Counted from the first letter of the stretch, positions 45,422 through 56,773 are shown. The stretch: 64,000 nucleotides of DNA from Planctomycetota bacterium (GCA_022705325.1 JAKJER010000032.1:3152-67151); one strand, 5' to 3'. Numbers and translations: made by a program. The notes: generated from the letters alone by a model not told the origin.

Positions 45422-47650
45422 TTAGTCAGGCTTCTTCCGCTTGGCGGCTAGGCCGTCCACCGACCATCCACCCCAGTAGCTGGTCGCATAGTACACGATG
45501 GACGCTTCCCTCATTCGCCCCAGCAGGTCCTCAGCCACCGCCGCTTCCGCCCGGGCCTGCTGGATCGCCCCGAAGAGCTTCTTCTGGGGTAGCGTCTTGG
45601 TCAGGAACGATTCCTTGGACTCCTTCAGCAACTCGAGCATCCGCGCCAGCAGCCACATTTCCCGCCCGAACACCTCGCGGGTATAGTCCAGGCGGGCCAT
45701 GATCGTCTTCTCGTTCGCGCCGCCAGCGGCGACGGCCTGCTCCAACAGCGGGGGCAGCATCGGCACGCCCTGCGGATGATAGTCCTTCAGCATCGCTTCG
45801 CAGGTCCGGTACGCGGCGTACGCGAGGGGGTACTTGCCCAGCCCGGCCCACTGCTGGAGGATGAACTTCTTCGTGTTAGGCAGGCCCCGAATGGCCTCGG
45901 TGTCGTTGTTCTCGATGTCGGCGATCAGCGACTTGACCGCCGAGGCCGCCGTCGCCCAGACACCCAGGGTCGGCGGATGGATCGCCCCGATCGCCGCCAG
46001 GGAGAGGTCCACGAAACAGTCGCGGAACTCTGCGGTGATTTTGGCCTGGCGTTTCTGGTTGTAGTCTTCCAGGCGGTCGCGGCGGCGAAGGTAGCGGATG
46101 AATAGGTCGTCCTGCGCAAGCCGCGCTTCCATTCGCGCTCGCAGCTTGTCGCGGCTCCAGGGGAACGGGCCGAACATGAGGCTGGAGGCGTCCGTCCGTC
46201 CCTTGACGAACAGCCGCTCGTAGAAATCCGGAAGCTGTCCGCTGTCGCGGTGGGCCAGCAGGGTGTCCGCGATGACCCGGCAGCCGCGCTGGGTCAGCGA
46301 CGCGTCCAGGATCTTCTGCACGTTCGCCGCCAAGCCCTCGGCCCCCGGTCCGGCGACCTGCTGGCCCGACTTGAGCGTGCGCCGGACCGAGGCCGCCAAG
46401 TCCAACTCCTCGCCCAGCATCTCGGCCAGGCCGTCCACCATCCGTTCGACCGGCCCGGCCAGCTTCTTCGCGGCGGAGGCGCAGCTTTCCGCAAATGCCG
46501 TTACCTGCTCCTCGCTCAGGCCCGTCACGCGCTCCTGCCCGCGGGGGAACTGCTCCTCGATGAACCCCGTGTTCTTGTTCGTGACCCAAGTGCCGGTTGT
46601 GCGGGCAACCATGAGCGTGACGATCCAGTCTCCACGTCGCCAACGCCCCTCCGCCGAGACCGTCGACCAGTCCTTGTACATGTCCTTCATCCGCGGCTGG
46701 TGGGTGAACATGGCGCCCTGGGTGCCGGGGGGGGCGGTCCATGACACTTCGGCGGCCTGTTCCTGGTCGGCCCGCATCGCATCGGCCCAGTCGGTCAACT
46801 CGTTGGGACGGGCGCGGTCCGGGTGGTGGAGGATCACGTGCAGGCTGACCAGGGTCGCCTGAGGGGTGTGGAATTGAATGTCGAACTCGACCAGGCCGTT
46901 GCCCTTCATCGCCTGCTTGTCGCTCCCGGCGACGGTGAGGCCGAGGGCACCGCGGTCGCTGGCGAACTGCCGCATCTCGCGGGCCAGCCGCTGCTGCACC
47001 TGGTGAAGCTGCTGGCGGTCGTAGCCCCCGCAGGGGTCGCTCTCCCGCCCGGGCGGCTCCGCCTGCGGCGACTCGACGGGCGCGGCGGTCTCCATGTTCT
47101 CGGGACGGAACATGGACAAGCCCGCGACCGAGCAGTGGAACAGCACGCCCGACGCCGCCCGCCCGGACGCCTCGACGTTCGCCTGCTGGCCCGTGCCTCG
47201 CCATTGGCCGGTCTGCTCGTCCCACGCGACAATCCAGAGTTTCGCGCCGGGGAAAAGGCCCTCGCGAAGCGGCCAGGTGACCCGCGCCCCTTGCGGGAAG
47301 CGGGCGCCTTCGGGCTCGAACCATCCGGCCGCCACGGCCCGCCCGCCGTCGCTCAGAGGAGGCAGGGCGTCGAGGTTCTCGATGGTCGTCCCGCGAAGCG
47401 ATGCCGCGTCCCCCTCGCCGCAGTCGATGGCGATGGGGGTGCCCGCCGCCAGGTCCGCCTGCGAGAGCCACGGCGGCAGCGGCTTCCTTTCCGCGTCGGG
47501 GGTGGCCGGGTCCGACCGGCCGGGCGACGGTTGGCGATCGTCCAACGACAGCGGCAGGATGATCGCAAGCGACAGGATGACGGCGACGCCGGTCCCGCCG
47601 GCAACGATCCAGGCCGTGCGACGCACGGGGGTGAACCCGGTGTCGGGCAT
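45422..47650 (-). CDS. Membrane-anchored 742-aa hypothetical protein (no family recognised)
   Basis: One N-terminal TM helix (TAWIVAGGTGVAVILSLAIILPL). The amino-acid composition is balanced and protein-like with GC3 bias. I recognise no motifs. Confidence 0.6.
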   Translation of the reverse strand: MPDTGFTPVRRTAWIVAGGTGVAVILSLAIILPLSLDDRQPSPGRSDPATPDAERKPLPPWLSQADLAAGTPIAIDCGEGDAASLRGTTIENLDALPPLSDGGRAVAAGWFEPEGARFPQGARVTWPLREGLFPGAKLWIVAWDEQTGQWRGTGQQANVEASGRAASGVLFHCSVAGLSMFRPENMETAAPVESPQAEPPGRESDPCGGYDRQQLHQVQQRLAREMRQFASDRGALGLTVAGSDKQAMKGNGLVEFDIQFHTPQATLVSLHVILHHPDRARPNELTDWADAMRADQEQAAEVSWTAPPGTQGAMFTHQPRMKDMYKDWSTVSAEGRWRRGDWIVTLMVARTTGTWVTNKNTGFIEEQFPRGQERVTGLSEEQVTAFAESCASAAKKLAGPVERMVDGLAEMLGEELDLAASVRRTLKSGQQVAGPGAEGLAANVQKILDASLTQRGCRVIADTLLAHRDSGQLPDFYERLFVKGRTDASSLMFGPFPWSRDKLRARMEARLAQDDLFIRYLRRRDRLEDYNQKRQAKITAEFRDCFVDLSLAAIGAIHPPTLGVWATAASAVKSLIADIENNDTEAIRGLPNTKKFILQQWAGLGKYPLAYAAYRTCEAMLKDYHPQGVPMLPPLLEQAVAAGGANEKTIMARLDYTREVFGREMWLLARMLELLKESKESFLTKTLPQKKLFGAIQQARAEAAVAEDLLGRMREASIVYYATSYWGGWSVDGLAAKRKKPD

Positions 47651-47949
47651 GACAAGCTCCTTTCTGTAAACGCAGGAAGCACAGACACGTCATTGACCGT
47701 GCGGGATATGCCCCAAGGGCCGGCGGGGCTCTCGACGAGAATGCCGCAGCGATAGAGAGGAGACAACCCACCAGCCGCGGCCCCGCCGCCCGTCACATGC
47801 AAGCTTCAGTAAAGCCTTCCGGGCGGGGAGGGTCAAGGGTTAATCGTGGAGCTGCGTCTCGCACTTTCCTCGCGCCTCCTGGCGATTTGTCACTGACCGG
47901 GGCTTGGCTGAAGCGACATTCGGATGCGGTCCAAGCGTGGGGTGCGCCG

Positions 47950-50943
47950 TCAGCGCTGCGCCGCCTGGAGGTCCGGGCAGGTGAACGCGTCCATTGCGCC
48001 GGGGAAGTCCATGCGGGGGCGGGTCTGGAGCATCTTGAGCGTCGGCTCGAAGACCGCCAGGATCGCCTTGTAGTCCGCGTCGTCGGTGGAGGTGAAGATG
48101 CCCTTGCCGCACGCCTCGGTCCCGCCGGCGGCCTTGGTCAGCGGGGCCAGCAGGAAGCTGTTGTCCTGGGGGTTGGTGATGCGGGTGTAGAACGTTCGCG
48201 GGATCTTGACCCGCCCGCTCTTCTCCTTGCCGTGGCAGGAGGCGCAGCGTCGCTGGGCCACCTGCTGGAGCACGCCGTCCAGTTCCGCCGGCAGGAGGCG
48301 GCGGCAACCCATGCGGTCGCCGTAGTTCGTGCGGGTGATGCCGTAGTAGGGCACGTTGAGGTCCATCCAGGCCATCAGGCGGCGGCGCGAGGCCGCGTCC
48401 ATCTGCACGCGCGGCTTGCCGTCCTTGTCCGGGTGGCCCGACAGGACGATCTGGGTGAGCTTGCTGGGCGCAGCGCCCCAGGCGCGCGGGGCGATCTGGA
48501 GCACGTTGGCCTCAGCCCCGTTGATGGTGGCGATCCAGCGGACGTAGGTGGGCTCGCACTGGCGGCCGCCGTGCACCTCGGGCCGCCACTGCCCGTCGGT
48601 GCCGGTGCGGGCGAGCACGTCGTAGGCCACGTTGAAGAAGTCCGTCTTGTCGCCGCTGAGGTCCACGTCCTTGGGGTGCGAGCGGGCGTTGTGGCACTTG
48701 ACGCAGTGCTTGTCCAGGACCGGCTGGACGATGTCGTGGAAGTTGAAGTTCATCAGCCCCCACTCGGGCTTCCGGAGGTCAGCCGGCTGGACACCCGCCG
48801 GCGGACGGGGCAGGGCGCGGGCGGCGGCATAGTTGCGGTCGGCGTGGCAGCCGACGCAGCTTTGCGCCTCGCCGGGCATGAAGTGCGTAAAGCTCCGCAT
48901 CCGCTGAACGGCCCGCCCCTCGGCGTCCAGGGCCAGGAAGTACAACGGCAGGCCCGTGGGCACCTTGAAGCAGGCCGAGCCGTCCTCGGCCACCTCCGCG
49001 TAACCCCACAGCCGCTTGGCGGCGTAGGTGGCCCCGCAACTGACCAGCGGGAACTGGAAGCCGAAGGCGGAGTTGGCGGCGTAGCCGTGCCCGGTGGGCA
49101 CACGGTCCAGCAGCGGGATCCGCTGGGCCTTCTCGACCTCCTGGACGACGGCGATCTGCTTGATCTCGCCGCGCCTAATCGTCGGCTCGAGCCCGGCGTA
49201 GACGTCCTGGAGCAGGACCGTCGCCCAGGGCTGGGCCTGTTCGCGCGGGGGCAGGGACGAGGAGATCACCGGCGGGCGGGCCCGCGGGCGGAGCGGCTGG
49301 GGGCTGAAGTAGCCCATGGAGTCCTGCGGCCCCAGCAGCGCGGCCTCTTCCGTCGCGTCATAGTCGCGCACCAGCACCGTGCCGCGTCGCGAGACGAGGT
49401 AGTACTTCTCGTCCAGCGGGAACGGGTTGAGGTACGGCCCGCGGTTGATCAGGGCGTTGCCGTTGCCGCGGTCCACCCGGCCGATAGGGACCTCCGGCGT
49501 GACGTTGCGCAGCGCCTCCTGCGAGTTGGCCCCCAGGGCGGGGTCGATGATGCCGATGGCCCCGCGGCATGAGCCGTTGTGGCTGGTCAGCATGCACAGC
49601 ACCCGGTCGCCGCCGGGGATCGGCCGGGCCTCCATGAACGTGCCCGGCTCGAGCACGCGGTTGCCGTAGAAGCCCGAGACTCCCGTGCCGTCGGGGTTGA
49701 TCGCCCACAGGCTCTGGATCGGGCAGGCGGGGCGGTCGACGTACTCCCATCGCGAATAGATGATTCGCCCGTCGTTCAGCACGGCCGGCGTGAAGTCGTT
49801 GAGGTAGCTGGCCGACAGCCTCCGCACGTTGCCGCCGTCGCGATCCATTCGGTGCAGGATGGGCGAGGTGGTGGTGAAGCAGTAGGCGTACGCCTCCTTC
49901 TGGTCGCTCAGGAACGCGATCCCGCCGTCCGGCAGCCAGCAGGCGTTGAAGTTGTTGATGTCCCCGTGGGTCAACTGGGTCAGGCCCGTGCCGTCCACGC
50001 GGACGCGGTAGACGTGGTACGTTTGCTCGGCCGCCCGGTCGGCTGGTCCGTAACGGCTCTGGTCGCGTCCGCCCTTCTTCCAACTGAAGAGGATCTCGCG
50101 GGCGTCGTACGACAGTTCGCAGTCGATGATCTCGCCGCCGCCCGCGTCCACCAGGCGCGTCATCTTTCCGTCGGCCAGGTTGCAGACGTACAGCCCGCCG
50201 CCCGGGCGGAAGCCCTCGGCGTGGTAGGTATACACGTGCGAGGGGTTCACCTCGTGACGATGGATGACGATGAGGCGGTCGAAGCCCAGCTCGCCGCGGC
50301 GGGCACGGGCCTCCAACTCGGGCGAGCGCGAGACGGGCGGGGCCGTGGGCGGCAGCGGACCGCCCTTGTCCATCCGGTAGGGGGGCAGCGGGATGAATCG
50401 TCCCAGCGCCTTGTCGTCCTGCTTCTGCGACCAGACCTGCACCTCGGAGGCCCCGGGGTTGGCCCCGCCGAACGAACTGGTGAACCGCAAGCGGAGCTTG
50501 CGCAGCTTGACCGGCGCGGGCAGGACGATCGATTGCGGCCCGTGACCGGACAGCAACTGCCCCCGCGCCACGGGGGCGGGCTGGTCGTCCACGTACAGCT
50601 CATAGTCCTTCCAGCCCTCGACGGCGTGCGAGGAGCGGCTGTAGTAGACCACCTGTGCGACCTCGACCGCGTGCGGCCACTCGAACGTCAGTTCGGCGCC
50701 GTCTCTGTGGGTCTGGCCCCTGACGGCCCATGCGTTGCCGTCGTCGTTGTTGCCGCCGAGTTCGGCGATTCGCCCGTCGGCCACGAAGCGGGCCAGGAAC
50801 GACTGGCTGAACTCCGAGTTGGCGGTGATGCGGGCCTGGGGGGCGAGGTTCTGCGGCGCGGCCCGCGCGATGGCGGGCGTCAACGCGAGGCAGAGAACTC
50901 CCGCGGTAATCGCGACCCGCTCGATCCGACGTGTCAGCTTCAT
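47950..50943 (-). CDS. Exported discoidin-like plus TolB-like beta-propeller plus three-CXXCH (PSCyt-like) protein, paralog of 9291-12110
   Basis: Start MKLTRRIERVAITAGVLCLALTPAIARA. N-terminal F5/8-type-C-like segment (ITANSEF ... KLRKLRLRFT ... SEVQVW). PD40-like repeats (LADGKMTRLV, LPDGGIAFLS, LNDGRIIYSRWEY, NPDGTG). CVGCH, VQPVLDKHCVKCH and CASCH. Confidence 0.75.
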   Translation of the reverse strand: MKLTRRIERVAITAGVLCLALTPAIARAAPQNLAPQARITANSEFSQSFLARFVADGRIAELGGNNDDGNAWAVRGQTHRDGAELTFEWPHAVEVAQVVYYSRSSHAVEGWKDYELYVDDQPAPVARGQLLSGHGPQSIVLPAPVKLRKLRLRFTSSFGGANPGASEVQVWSQKQDDKALGRFIPLPPYRMDKGGPLPPTAPPVSRSPELEARARRGELGFDRLIVIHRHEVNPSHVYTYHAEGFRPGGGLYVCNLADGKMTRLVDAGGGEIIDCELSYDAREILFSWKKGGRDQSRYGPADRAAEQTYHVYRVRVDGTGLTQLTHGDINNFNACWLPDGGIAFLSDQKEAYAYCFTTTSPILHRMDRDGGNVRRLSASYLNDFTPAVLNDGRIIYSRWEYVDRPACPIQSLWAINPDGTGVSGFYGNRVLEPGTFMEARPIPGGDRVLCMLTSHNGSCRGAIGIIDPALGANSQEALRNVTPEVPIGRVDRGNGNALINRGPYLNPFPLDEKYYLVSRRGTVLVRDYDATEEAALLGPQDSMGYFSPQPLRPRARPPVISSSLPPREQAQPWATVLLQDVYAGLEPTIRRGEIKQIAVVQEVEKAQRIPLLDRVPTGHGYAANSAFGFQFPLVSCGATYAAKRLWGYAEVAEDGSACFKVPTGLPLYFLALDAEGRAVQRMRSFTHFMPGEAQSCVGCHADRNYAAARALPRPPAGVQPADLRKPEWGLMNFNFHDIVQPVLDKHCVKCHNARSHPKDVDLSGDKTDFFNVAYDVLARTGTDGQWRPEVHGGRQCEPTYVRWIATINGAEANVLQIAPRAWGAAPSKLTQIVLSGHPDKDGKPRVQMDAASRRRLMAWMDLNVPYYGITRTNYGDRMGCRRLLPAELDGVLQQVAQRRCASCHGKEKSGRVKIPRTFYTRITNPQDNSFLLAPLTKAAGGTEACGKGIFTSTDDADYKAILAVFEPTLKMLQTRPRMDFPGAMDAFTCPDLQAAQR

Positions 50944-51099
50944 ATTCCGGCTCCCGGCGGCATGGCCCGGCAGGACCTGCCTGACGCCAATATAGCCTGG
51001 GTTGTTTCTCCTCGGCAAGGATCGGCTGGATCATCGTTTTGCCGTCAGTGAAAGCGCGGTACAATCCGGCAGTCTCCCCCGGAACGAGGACGGTGCGAT

Positions 51100-52218
51100 A
51101 TGAGCGACACCGCACACCGCCTGGCCCTCTGGCGTAGTCTCCTGCCGGTGCTGGTCTTGATAGCGACGGGCTTGTTGGGCTGCCTGCCCGACGGTACGCC
51201 TGCCTACCTTGACGGGGGCAACCTGATCCTTGCGACCTTTCGCCAGGGGCGGAACTACGAGAGCTTCTGCACGTACGACGTGCGGACCAAGCGCACGCTC
51301 TGGCACGGTTCGGACTTGCGCCCGCGATATGTCCGGATCGTTGAGGACTTGGTGCTGGTCGAGTGGGCCGTGCCTCAGCAGCGTCCCGTCTGCACCCGAT
51401 TCGATCCCAGAACAGGCAAGCTCAGTCCGGCTCCACCCGACCTGGCGGGCAGGCTTGCGCAGGTGGTCCCCGTCTCGCGCGGAGGGCGGAAGTGCCTGCT
51501 GGTTCCTTGCGGCGACCGCTACGACGTGTACTCTTTGCCTGAGTTGAAGAGACAAGAGACGCTGTCGCTGAAGAAACCCGTGGGCGCGGGAGACTTCTGG
51601 TGGCTGCGCGAGGTGGAGCGGGGACTGGAGGTGGTCGGTCCGGACTCGAAGGTCTCTGCGACGATTCCGCGCCAGGAGATCGAAAAGGCGCAGATCGATC
51701 CGCGTGCGCGCGTTCGCTACGCCCGCGTCAGCCCGGACGGAAAGGCCATTCTGCTCTTCATGCCAGGCGAACGCGGCAACACGTTTCCCGTCTTCGACAC
51801 GCAGACGGGGTTGCTGCTGTGGGTGATCGTGTGCGAGGACCTCCCTTTCGGCACGCCGCTGGTCGGGCGGAACGCGGTCTGGACGGTCGAACAGGAAGAT
51901 CCGCCAGATCCGACCACGGCGCCCTCCAGCAAACCCACCGCAACCACCGCGGCCGCCGCCACGACCGCCCCGGCCGAGCGCCCCGTAATCGCCCTGGTTC
52001 GATACTCTCCGCCCGGCCCGGGTCAGGGCGAGTTGGCCAGGAGACAAGTGGTCTACCGGTACACTGCCCCGGCCGATTCCACCCTGTGCAATTTCGCCCC
52101 CTCGCCGGATCGGTCGCATTTTCTGGCCGCCATCGCGGGCAGCCCGCCGCGACTGCTGTTCATGCCGCTGGCGGCGAGCGAGAAGGAAGTGGAGGTCATT
52201 GAGCTCAAGGCGCGGTAG
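51100..52218 (+). CDS. Hypothetical lipoprotein
   Basis: Lipobox-like LLGC after a hydrophobic N-terminus. The body is beta-rich with a Thr/Ala/Pro linker. No family recognised. Confidence 0.55.
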   Translation: MSDTAHRLALWRSLLPVLVLIATGLLGCLPDGTPAYLDGGNLILATFRQGRNYESFCTYDVRTKRTLWHGSDLRPRYVRIVEDLVLVEWAVPQQRPVCTRFDPRTGKLSPAPPDLAGRLAQVVPVSRGGRKCLLVPCGDRYDVYSLPELKRQETLSLKKPVGAGDFWWLREVERGLEVVGPDSKVSATIPRQEIEKAQIDPRARVRYARVSPDGKAILLFMPGERGNTFPVFDTQTGLLLWVIVCEDLPFGTPLVGRNAVWTVEQEDPPDPTTAPSSKPTATTAAAATTAPAERPVIALVRYSPPGPGQGELARRQVVYRYTAPADSTLCNFAPSPDRSHFLAAIAGSPPRLLFMPLAASEKEVEVIELKAR

Positions 52219-52451
52219 GGGTGCCCGCTACAGGCCTTGACGTGCGCCGGCGCGGCAGGAGTACAACGAGCCCAGGCCCGGCGGGCCGCGCGCGGCGCGG
52301 CGGAGCTGAACCCCACCGGGACCCTCATCTGCAAGACCGCGGCGAAAGAGTAGCTCGCCCGCCGCTTCCCGAACTGCCATTCACCAGGCAGCCCGGACCT
52401 TCGAGCCGCGATCGCCTTGTCCCCGCCCTGCGTGGGCAGGTCGCACGGTCA

Positions 52452-55304
52452 TCACGGCTGGTCTTGAGACTCCTGCGACCGGACGGTCTTGGTTTCGCCG
52501 TTCACGCGAACCGTGACCTCGCGTGGCGGATTGGAGCGGATGCGGTAGTTGGTGACTTTTCCGTCGGCCCATTCGAAATCCACCTGGCAGCCGCCGCGGG
52601 CGCGCAGGCCCGTCACCTTGCCGTTCGGCCAGGCGTCCGGCAGGGCCGGCAGCAGGCGAATCACGCCGCCATGGCTCTGGAGGAGCATGTGGGCGACGGC
52701 CGACGTGCCGCCGAAGTTGCCGTCGATCTGGAACGGCGGATGCAGGCAGAACAGGTTCGTCCCGCCGCGCGTGACCAGCAGCGTCAGCAGGCGATGCGCG
52801 TGATTGCCGTCGTGCAGGCGGGCCCAGAAGTTGGCCTTCCACGCCATGGACCAGCCGGTGCTGGCGTCGCCGCGCCGCTCGAGCGTGACCCGCGCCGCCT
52901 CGGCCAGCTTGGGCGTGCCCTCGGGTGTGATCTCATCGTACGGAAACAGCCCGTACAGGCACGAGACGTGGCGGTGATGCGGCTCGACCTCGTCGTAATC
53001 CGCCAGCCATTCCATGATCTGTCCGTGTTTGCCGACGCGAGTGGGCGCCAGCTTGGCGCGGGCCTCGACCAGGCGCGTGCGGAAGGCGTCATCGACGTCG
53101 AGGACCTTCGACGCCTCGATGCAGTTGCCGAACAGCTCGCGGAGAATCTGCATGTCCATCGTCGGGCCCATGCAGACGCGGGCGGTCCGGCCGTCGGGCA
53201 GCTTGAACGCGTTCTCCGGCGAGTTGGAGGGCGCCGTCACGAGCCAGCCGTGGGTCGGCTCGGCGATGAGCATGCCCAGGTAGAACTCCGCCGAACCTTT
53301 CATGATCGGATACGCCCACTGGAGATAGCTCTTGTCGCCGGTGTAGGCGTAGTGAGTCCAGAGGTGCTCGCACAGCCAGGCCGAGCCGCTCGCCGTGGCG
53401 CCCCACGATGCCTGCTCGCCGGGCGCGGTGAAGCCCCAGACGTTGGTGATCACGTGGGCCACCCACCCGCCGGCGCCGTAATACGCCTTGGCGGTGCTGG
53501 CTCCGGGCCCCTGGAGCGACTCGATGAGCTTCAGCAGCGGCATGTGGCAGTCGCCCAGTCCGCACACCTCCGCCGGCCAGTAGTTCATCTGAACATTGAT
53601 GTCCAGGTGATAGTCGCAGTTCCACGGCGTCTGGATGCCCTCGGCCCAGAGGCCCTGGAGATTGGCGGGCATGTCGCCCGGGCGCGAGCTGCTGATCAGC
53701 AGATATCGCCCGAAGTTGAAATACAGCGCCGCCATCGCCGGGTCCGCCTGGCCCTTGGCCAGCGCCTCCAGCCGCTGGTCGGTGGGCAGTTCGGCGGCCT
53801 TGCGGCTTTCGGTCTTGCCGTCGTCCAGCGCAATGCTCACGCGGTCGAAGTACCCGCGATGGTCCGCGACGCTTGCGGCCCGCAGGGCGCCGTACGGTCT
53901 GGCCGACGCTTTGGCGATGTCTTCGCTGGTCGCCCGGAGCGGGTCGCCCGTGCGGCGACCGGCGAAGCCCTGGTAGTTCGTTCCCGCGGCTACCAGCAGC
54001 ACCGCGTCGTCGGCGGATTCGATCCGCAGCTTGCCGCCCTCCACCGAGACTTTGCCGCCCCTGGTTATCGCGCGCAGGCGGGCGACGTAGGTCAGCCCTT
54101 CGACGCCCTCGGCGCCGCTGTTGAGCTTGCCCGTCATCACGAGCCCGGCCGGGCCGTCCGGCGCCGTCTCGAACCGCTCCATGCGATCCATCGCGGCGGT
54201 GAACGAAATGCGCCCGGGCCGGTCGGACGAGTAGCGGAACACCATCACCTGGTCCGGCGCGCTGGCGAAGGCCTCGCGCGTGTACGTCACGCCGTCGCGC
54301 TTGAACCGCACGGCCGCGACGGCGTCGCGGAGGTTCAGGCTGCGCCGGTACTCCTGGCAGTCCTCGCGGGGGTCCAGGACCACCGACAAGGGCAGTTGGC
54401 CTCTCTGGCGGTAACGGTGAATCACGATCGCCACCACGTTCTCGCCCGGCTTGAGGTGGGCGCTGACGTCGCATACGCACTGGGCGTTGGGGATGGCCTG
54501 CCAGCCGGGAAGCCGGGCGACCTCCTGCCCGTTGACGTAGACCGCCCCGTTCCTTGCCTCCGCGCCCACCCGGAGCACGCCCAGGCCGGCCAACTGGTCC
54601 TTCGTCAGCTTCAGATGATGGCGTGCGACGACCCACTCGCCCGTCTGGATCTCGTAGCCGCCGCGGGCGACTTTGCCGTCGGCAAGGACGTAGTCCTTCC
54701 AACCCTGCTCGTCCGCGTCCACCTTGACGGCCTCGGCGATCCGCTCCCGGGCCTGCTGGTATTGCTTTCTGGGATCCTTGTCTTGGCCCGTGTCCATAAC
54801 CGACCACTTCCACTCGTTCAGGGAGACGGCTTCGGCGTCGCTCTTCCAGACGATGTGCAGGTCGCCCAACGCCTGGTAGCAGCCGAACGGCACTCGCGAG
54901 CCGCGCCCCCGTCCGGAACCCGCTCCCTGGCAGGTGAAGGTCTGGTTGACCAGTTCCTCCGCCTCGACGTTCTTGCCCGCCAGGAGAAGCCGCCGGATCT
55001 CCGGCAGATTCTTGGCCGCGTCGGGCTTGTCGTTATCGGTCCGCGAGCCGGACCACACCGTCTCCTCGTTCAACGCGATCCGATCGTGACCGACGCCGCC
55101 GAAGATCATCGCGCCCAGCCGCCCGTTTCCGATCGGCAGGGCCTCCCTCTCCCAGTTGTCAGCGGGCTGGGTGTACCACAGTGTCATCGTGGGCTGGACC
55201 GATTCCCCTTCGGCCGCCAAAGCCACACCCGACGCGCTGGCGCCAAGTACGATCCCCACACCCAGCAGAAATGCCGCGCGAACGACCGAGACCTGTATTC
55301 TCAT
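52452..55304 (-). CDS. Glycoside hydrolase family 95-like (alpha-L-fucosidase type) with an inserted GH2-N-type sugar-binding jelly-roll
   Basis: ATG at 55304 lies 4 nt after GGAGAG (the TTG at 55316 is less likely). [48 protein letters not shown]. The insert contains [13 protein letters not shown] ... [18 protein letters not shown]. Confidence 0.8.
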   Translation of the reverse strand: MRIQVSVVRAAFLLGVGIVLGASASGVALAAEGESVQPTMTLWYTQPADNWEREALPIGNGRLGAMIFGGVGHDRIALNEETVWSGSRTDNDKPDAAKNLPEIRRLLLAGKNVEAEELVNQTFTCQGAGSGRGRGSRVPFGCYQALGDLHIVWKSDAEAVSLNEWKWSVMDTGQDKDPRKQYQQARERIAEAVKVDADEQGWKDYVLADGKVARGGYEIQTGEWVVARHHLKLTKDQLAGLGVLRVGAEARNGAVYVNGQEVARLPGWQAIPNAQCVCDVSAHLKPGENVVAIVIHRYRQRGQLPLSVVLDPREDCQEYRRSLNLRDAVAAVRFKRDGVTYTREAFASAPDQVMVFRYSSDRPGRISFTAAMDRMERFETAPDGPAGLVMTGKLNSGAEGVEGLTYVARLRAITRGGKVSVEGGKLRIESADDAVLLVAAGTNYQGFAGRRTGDPLRATSEDIAKASARPYGALRAASVADHRGYFDRVSIALDDGKTESRKAAELPTDQRLEALAKGQADPAMAALYFNFGRYLLISSSRPGDMPANLQGLWAEGIQTPWNCDYHLDINVQMNYWPAEVCGLGDCHMPLLKLIESLQGPGASTAKAYYGAGGWVAHVITNVWGFTAPGEQASWGATASGSAWLCEHLWTHYAYTGDKSYLQWAYPIMKGSAEFYLGMLIAEPTHGWLVTAPSNSPENAFKLPDGRTARVCMGPTMDMQILRELFGNCIEASKVLDVDDAFRTRLVEARAKLAPTRVGKHGQIMEWLADYDEVEPHHRHVSCLYGLFPYDEITPEGTPKLAEAARVTLERRGDASTGWSMAWKANFWARLHDGNHAHRLLTLLVTRGGTNLFCLHPPFQIDGNFGGTSAVAHMLLQSHGGVIRLLPALPDAWPNGKVTGLRARGGCQVDFEWADGKVTNYRIRSNPPREVTVRVNGETKTVRSQESQDQP

Positions 55305-55474
55305 CTCACTCTCCAACCGGAGTTCTCACAGATAGCCCGTCCTGCTTCGTTGTCGGGCCGGTTTCTTCGTATTGTAGCGCCCAGCCCCGGAATTGCACCT
55401 GCCCTCGTTCCGGAGCCCTTCTTGCCTGGTCCGAGTCTTGAGGGCCGGGTACTGGTCCTTCCACTCGGCCGGGA

Positions 55475-56773
55475 CTACGCATTCTTCGGCACGGCCCAGT
55501 GGTCGCGGTACTGGCGGCGGAGCATGTGGTCGGACTGGTCGTCCTTGATGATCCGCTCGGTCCTGGGGTCCAGGGTGAGCGTCCGCCCGGTCTGCGTGGC
55601 GATGTTGCCCAGGTGCGTCAGCGAGGCCGACAGGTGGCCGATCTCGACGTCGGCGTTGGGCTGCTTGCCGCTGCGGATGCACTCGAGGAAGTTGCGGTGG
55701 TGGGGCGTGCCGTCCAGCCGCCCGTCGAGCTTCTGGAGCGGTTTGTCGCGCGGGCCGAAGAGCTGCCACCCGGCGTGCTTGGCCAGGAGCATGTAGCCCT
55801 TGGTTCCGTAGAAGGCGTCGCCGTTCTCGGCCCCCTGCTGGAAGTACGGCGACCAGATCCGCTGTTCATAGATGAGCTGCTTCTTCTTCCCGTCGCCCAG
55901 GTCGTACTCGAAGGCCACCGTCTGCGTGTCGGGGAATTCCTGGTCGTCGTCGAAGAAGTACTTGCCTCCCAGGGCCGCCACGCGGGTCGGCTGGACCTCG
56001 ACGCCCAGGCCCCAGCGGGCCAGGTCCAGGTCGTGCACGCCGTCGTTGCCCATGTCGCCCGTGCCGAAGTTGCGGAACCACCGCCAGCTCGAAGGAAGCA
56101 TGTTTGACCGGTAGGGCACCATGGGCGACGGGCCGACCCACAGGTCGTAGTCCAGGTGCTCCGGGGGCTGGGAAGGCTGCTTGTGTCCGATGTTGGCGCG
56201 GAGTTGGCTGTTCCAGACCTTGGCCACCAGGACCTCGCCGATCGCCCCGCTCTTGAGCAGTTCGATGCCCTCGGCGAGATAGTCAGCCGAGCGGCTCTGC
56301 ATGCCCACCTGGACGATCCGCTTGTTCCGCCGGGCCGCCTCCACCATGAGCCGCCCCTCGCGGAGGTTGTGCGAGCAGGGCTTCTCGACGTAGACGTGCT
56401 TGCCCGCGTCGCAGGCGAGGATGGTGGCCGGGGCGTGCCAGTGGTCGGGCGTGGCGATCACCACGGCGTCGACGGACTTGTCGTCGAAGATGCGGCGCAT
56501 GTCCTTGACGGCCTTGGGGTCCTTGCCCGTCTTGTCCCGCAACCGCTTGGCCGCGGCGGCCATCCGCCTGGCGTCCACGTCGCAGACGTGCGAGACCACC
56601 ACGTCGCCCATGGAGGCGAACGAGGCGAGCAGGTTGGACCCCATCCCGCCCGGGCCGATCACGCCCAGGACGATCTTGTCATTCTCCGCCGCCCGGGCCG
56701 ACGACGCGACCGCCGCCCCCGCCGCCAGGGTGGCGGACTGCTGAAGGAACGCTCTGCGAGTGGTTGTAGCCAA
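55475..56773 (-). CDS. Tat-signal Gfo/Idh/MocA-family oxidoreductase
   Basis: MATTTRRAFLQQSATLAAGAAVASSARA twin-arginine leader. GVIGPGGMG Rossmann motif. Confidence 0.8.
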   Translation of the reverse strand: MATTTRRAFLQQSATLAAGAAVASSARAAENDKIVLGVIGPGGMGSNLLASFASMGDVVVSHVCDVDARRMAAAAKRLRDKTGKDPKAVKDMRRIFDDKSVDAVVIATPDHWHAPATILACDAGKHVYVEKPCSHNLREGRLMVEAARRNKRIVQVGMQSRSADYLAEGIELLKSGAIGEVLVAKVWNSQLRANIGHKQPSQPPEHLDYDLWVGPSPMVPYRSNMLPSSWRWFRNFGTGDMGNDGVHDLDLARWGLGVEVQPTRVAALGGKYFFDDDQEFPDTQTVAFEYDLGDGKKKQLIYEQRIWSPYFQQGAENGDAFYGTKGYMLLAKHAGWQLFGPRDKPLQKLDGRLDGTPHHRNFLECIRSGKQPNADVEIGHLSASLTHLGNIATQTGRTLTLDPRTERIIKDDQSDHMLRRQYRDHWAVPKNA

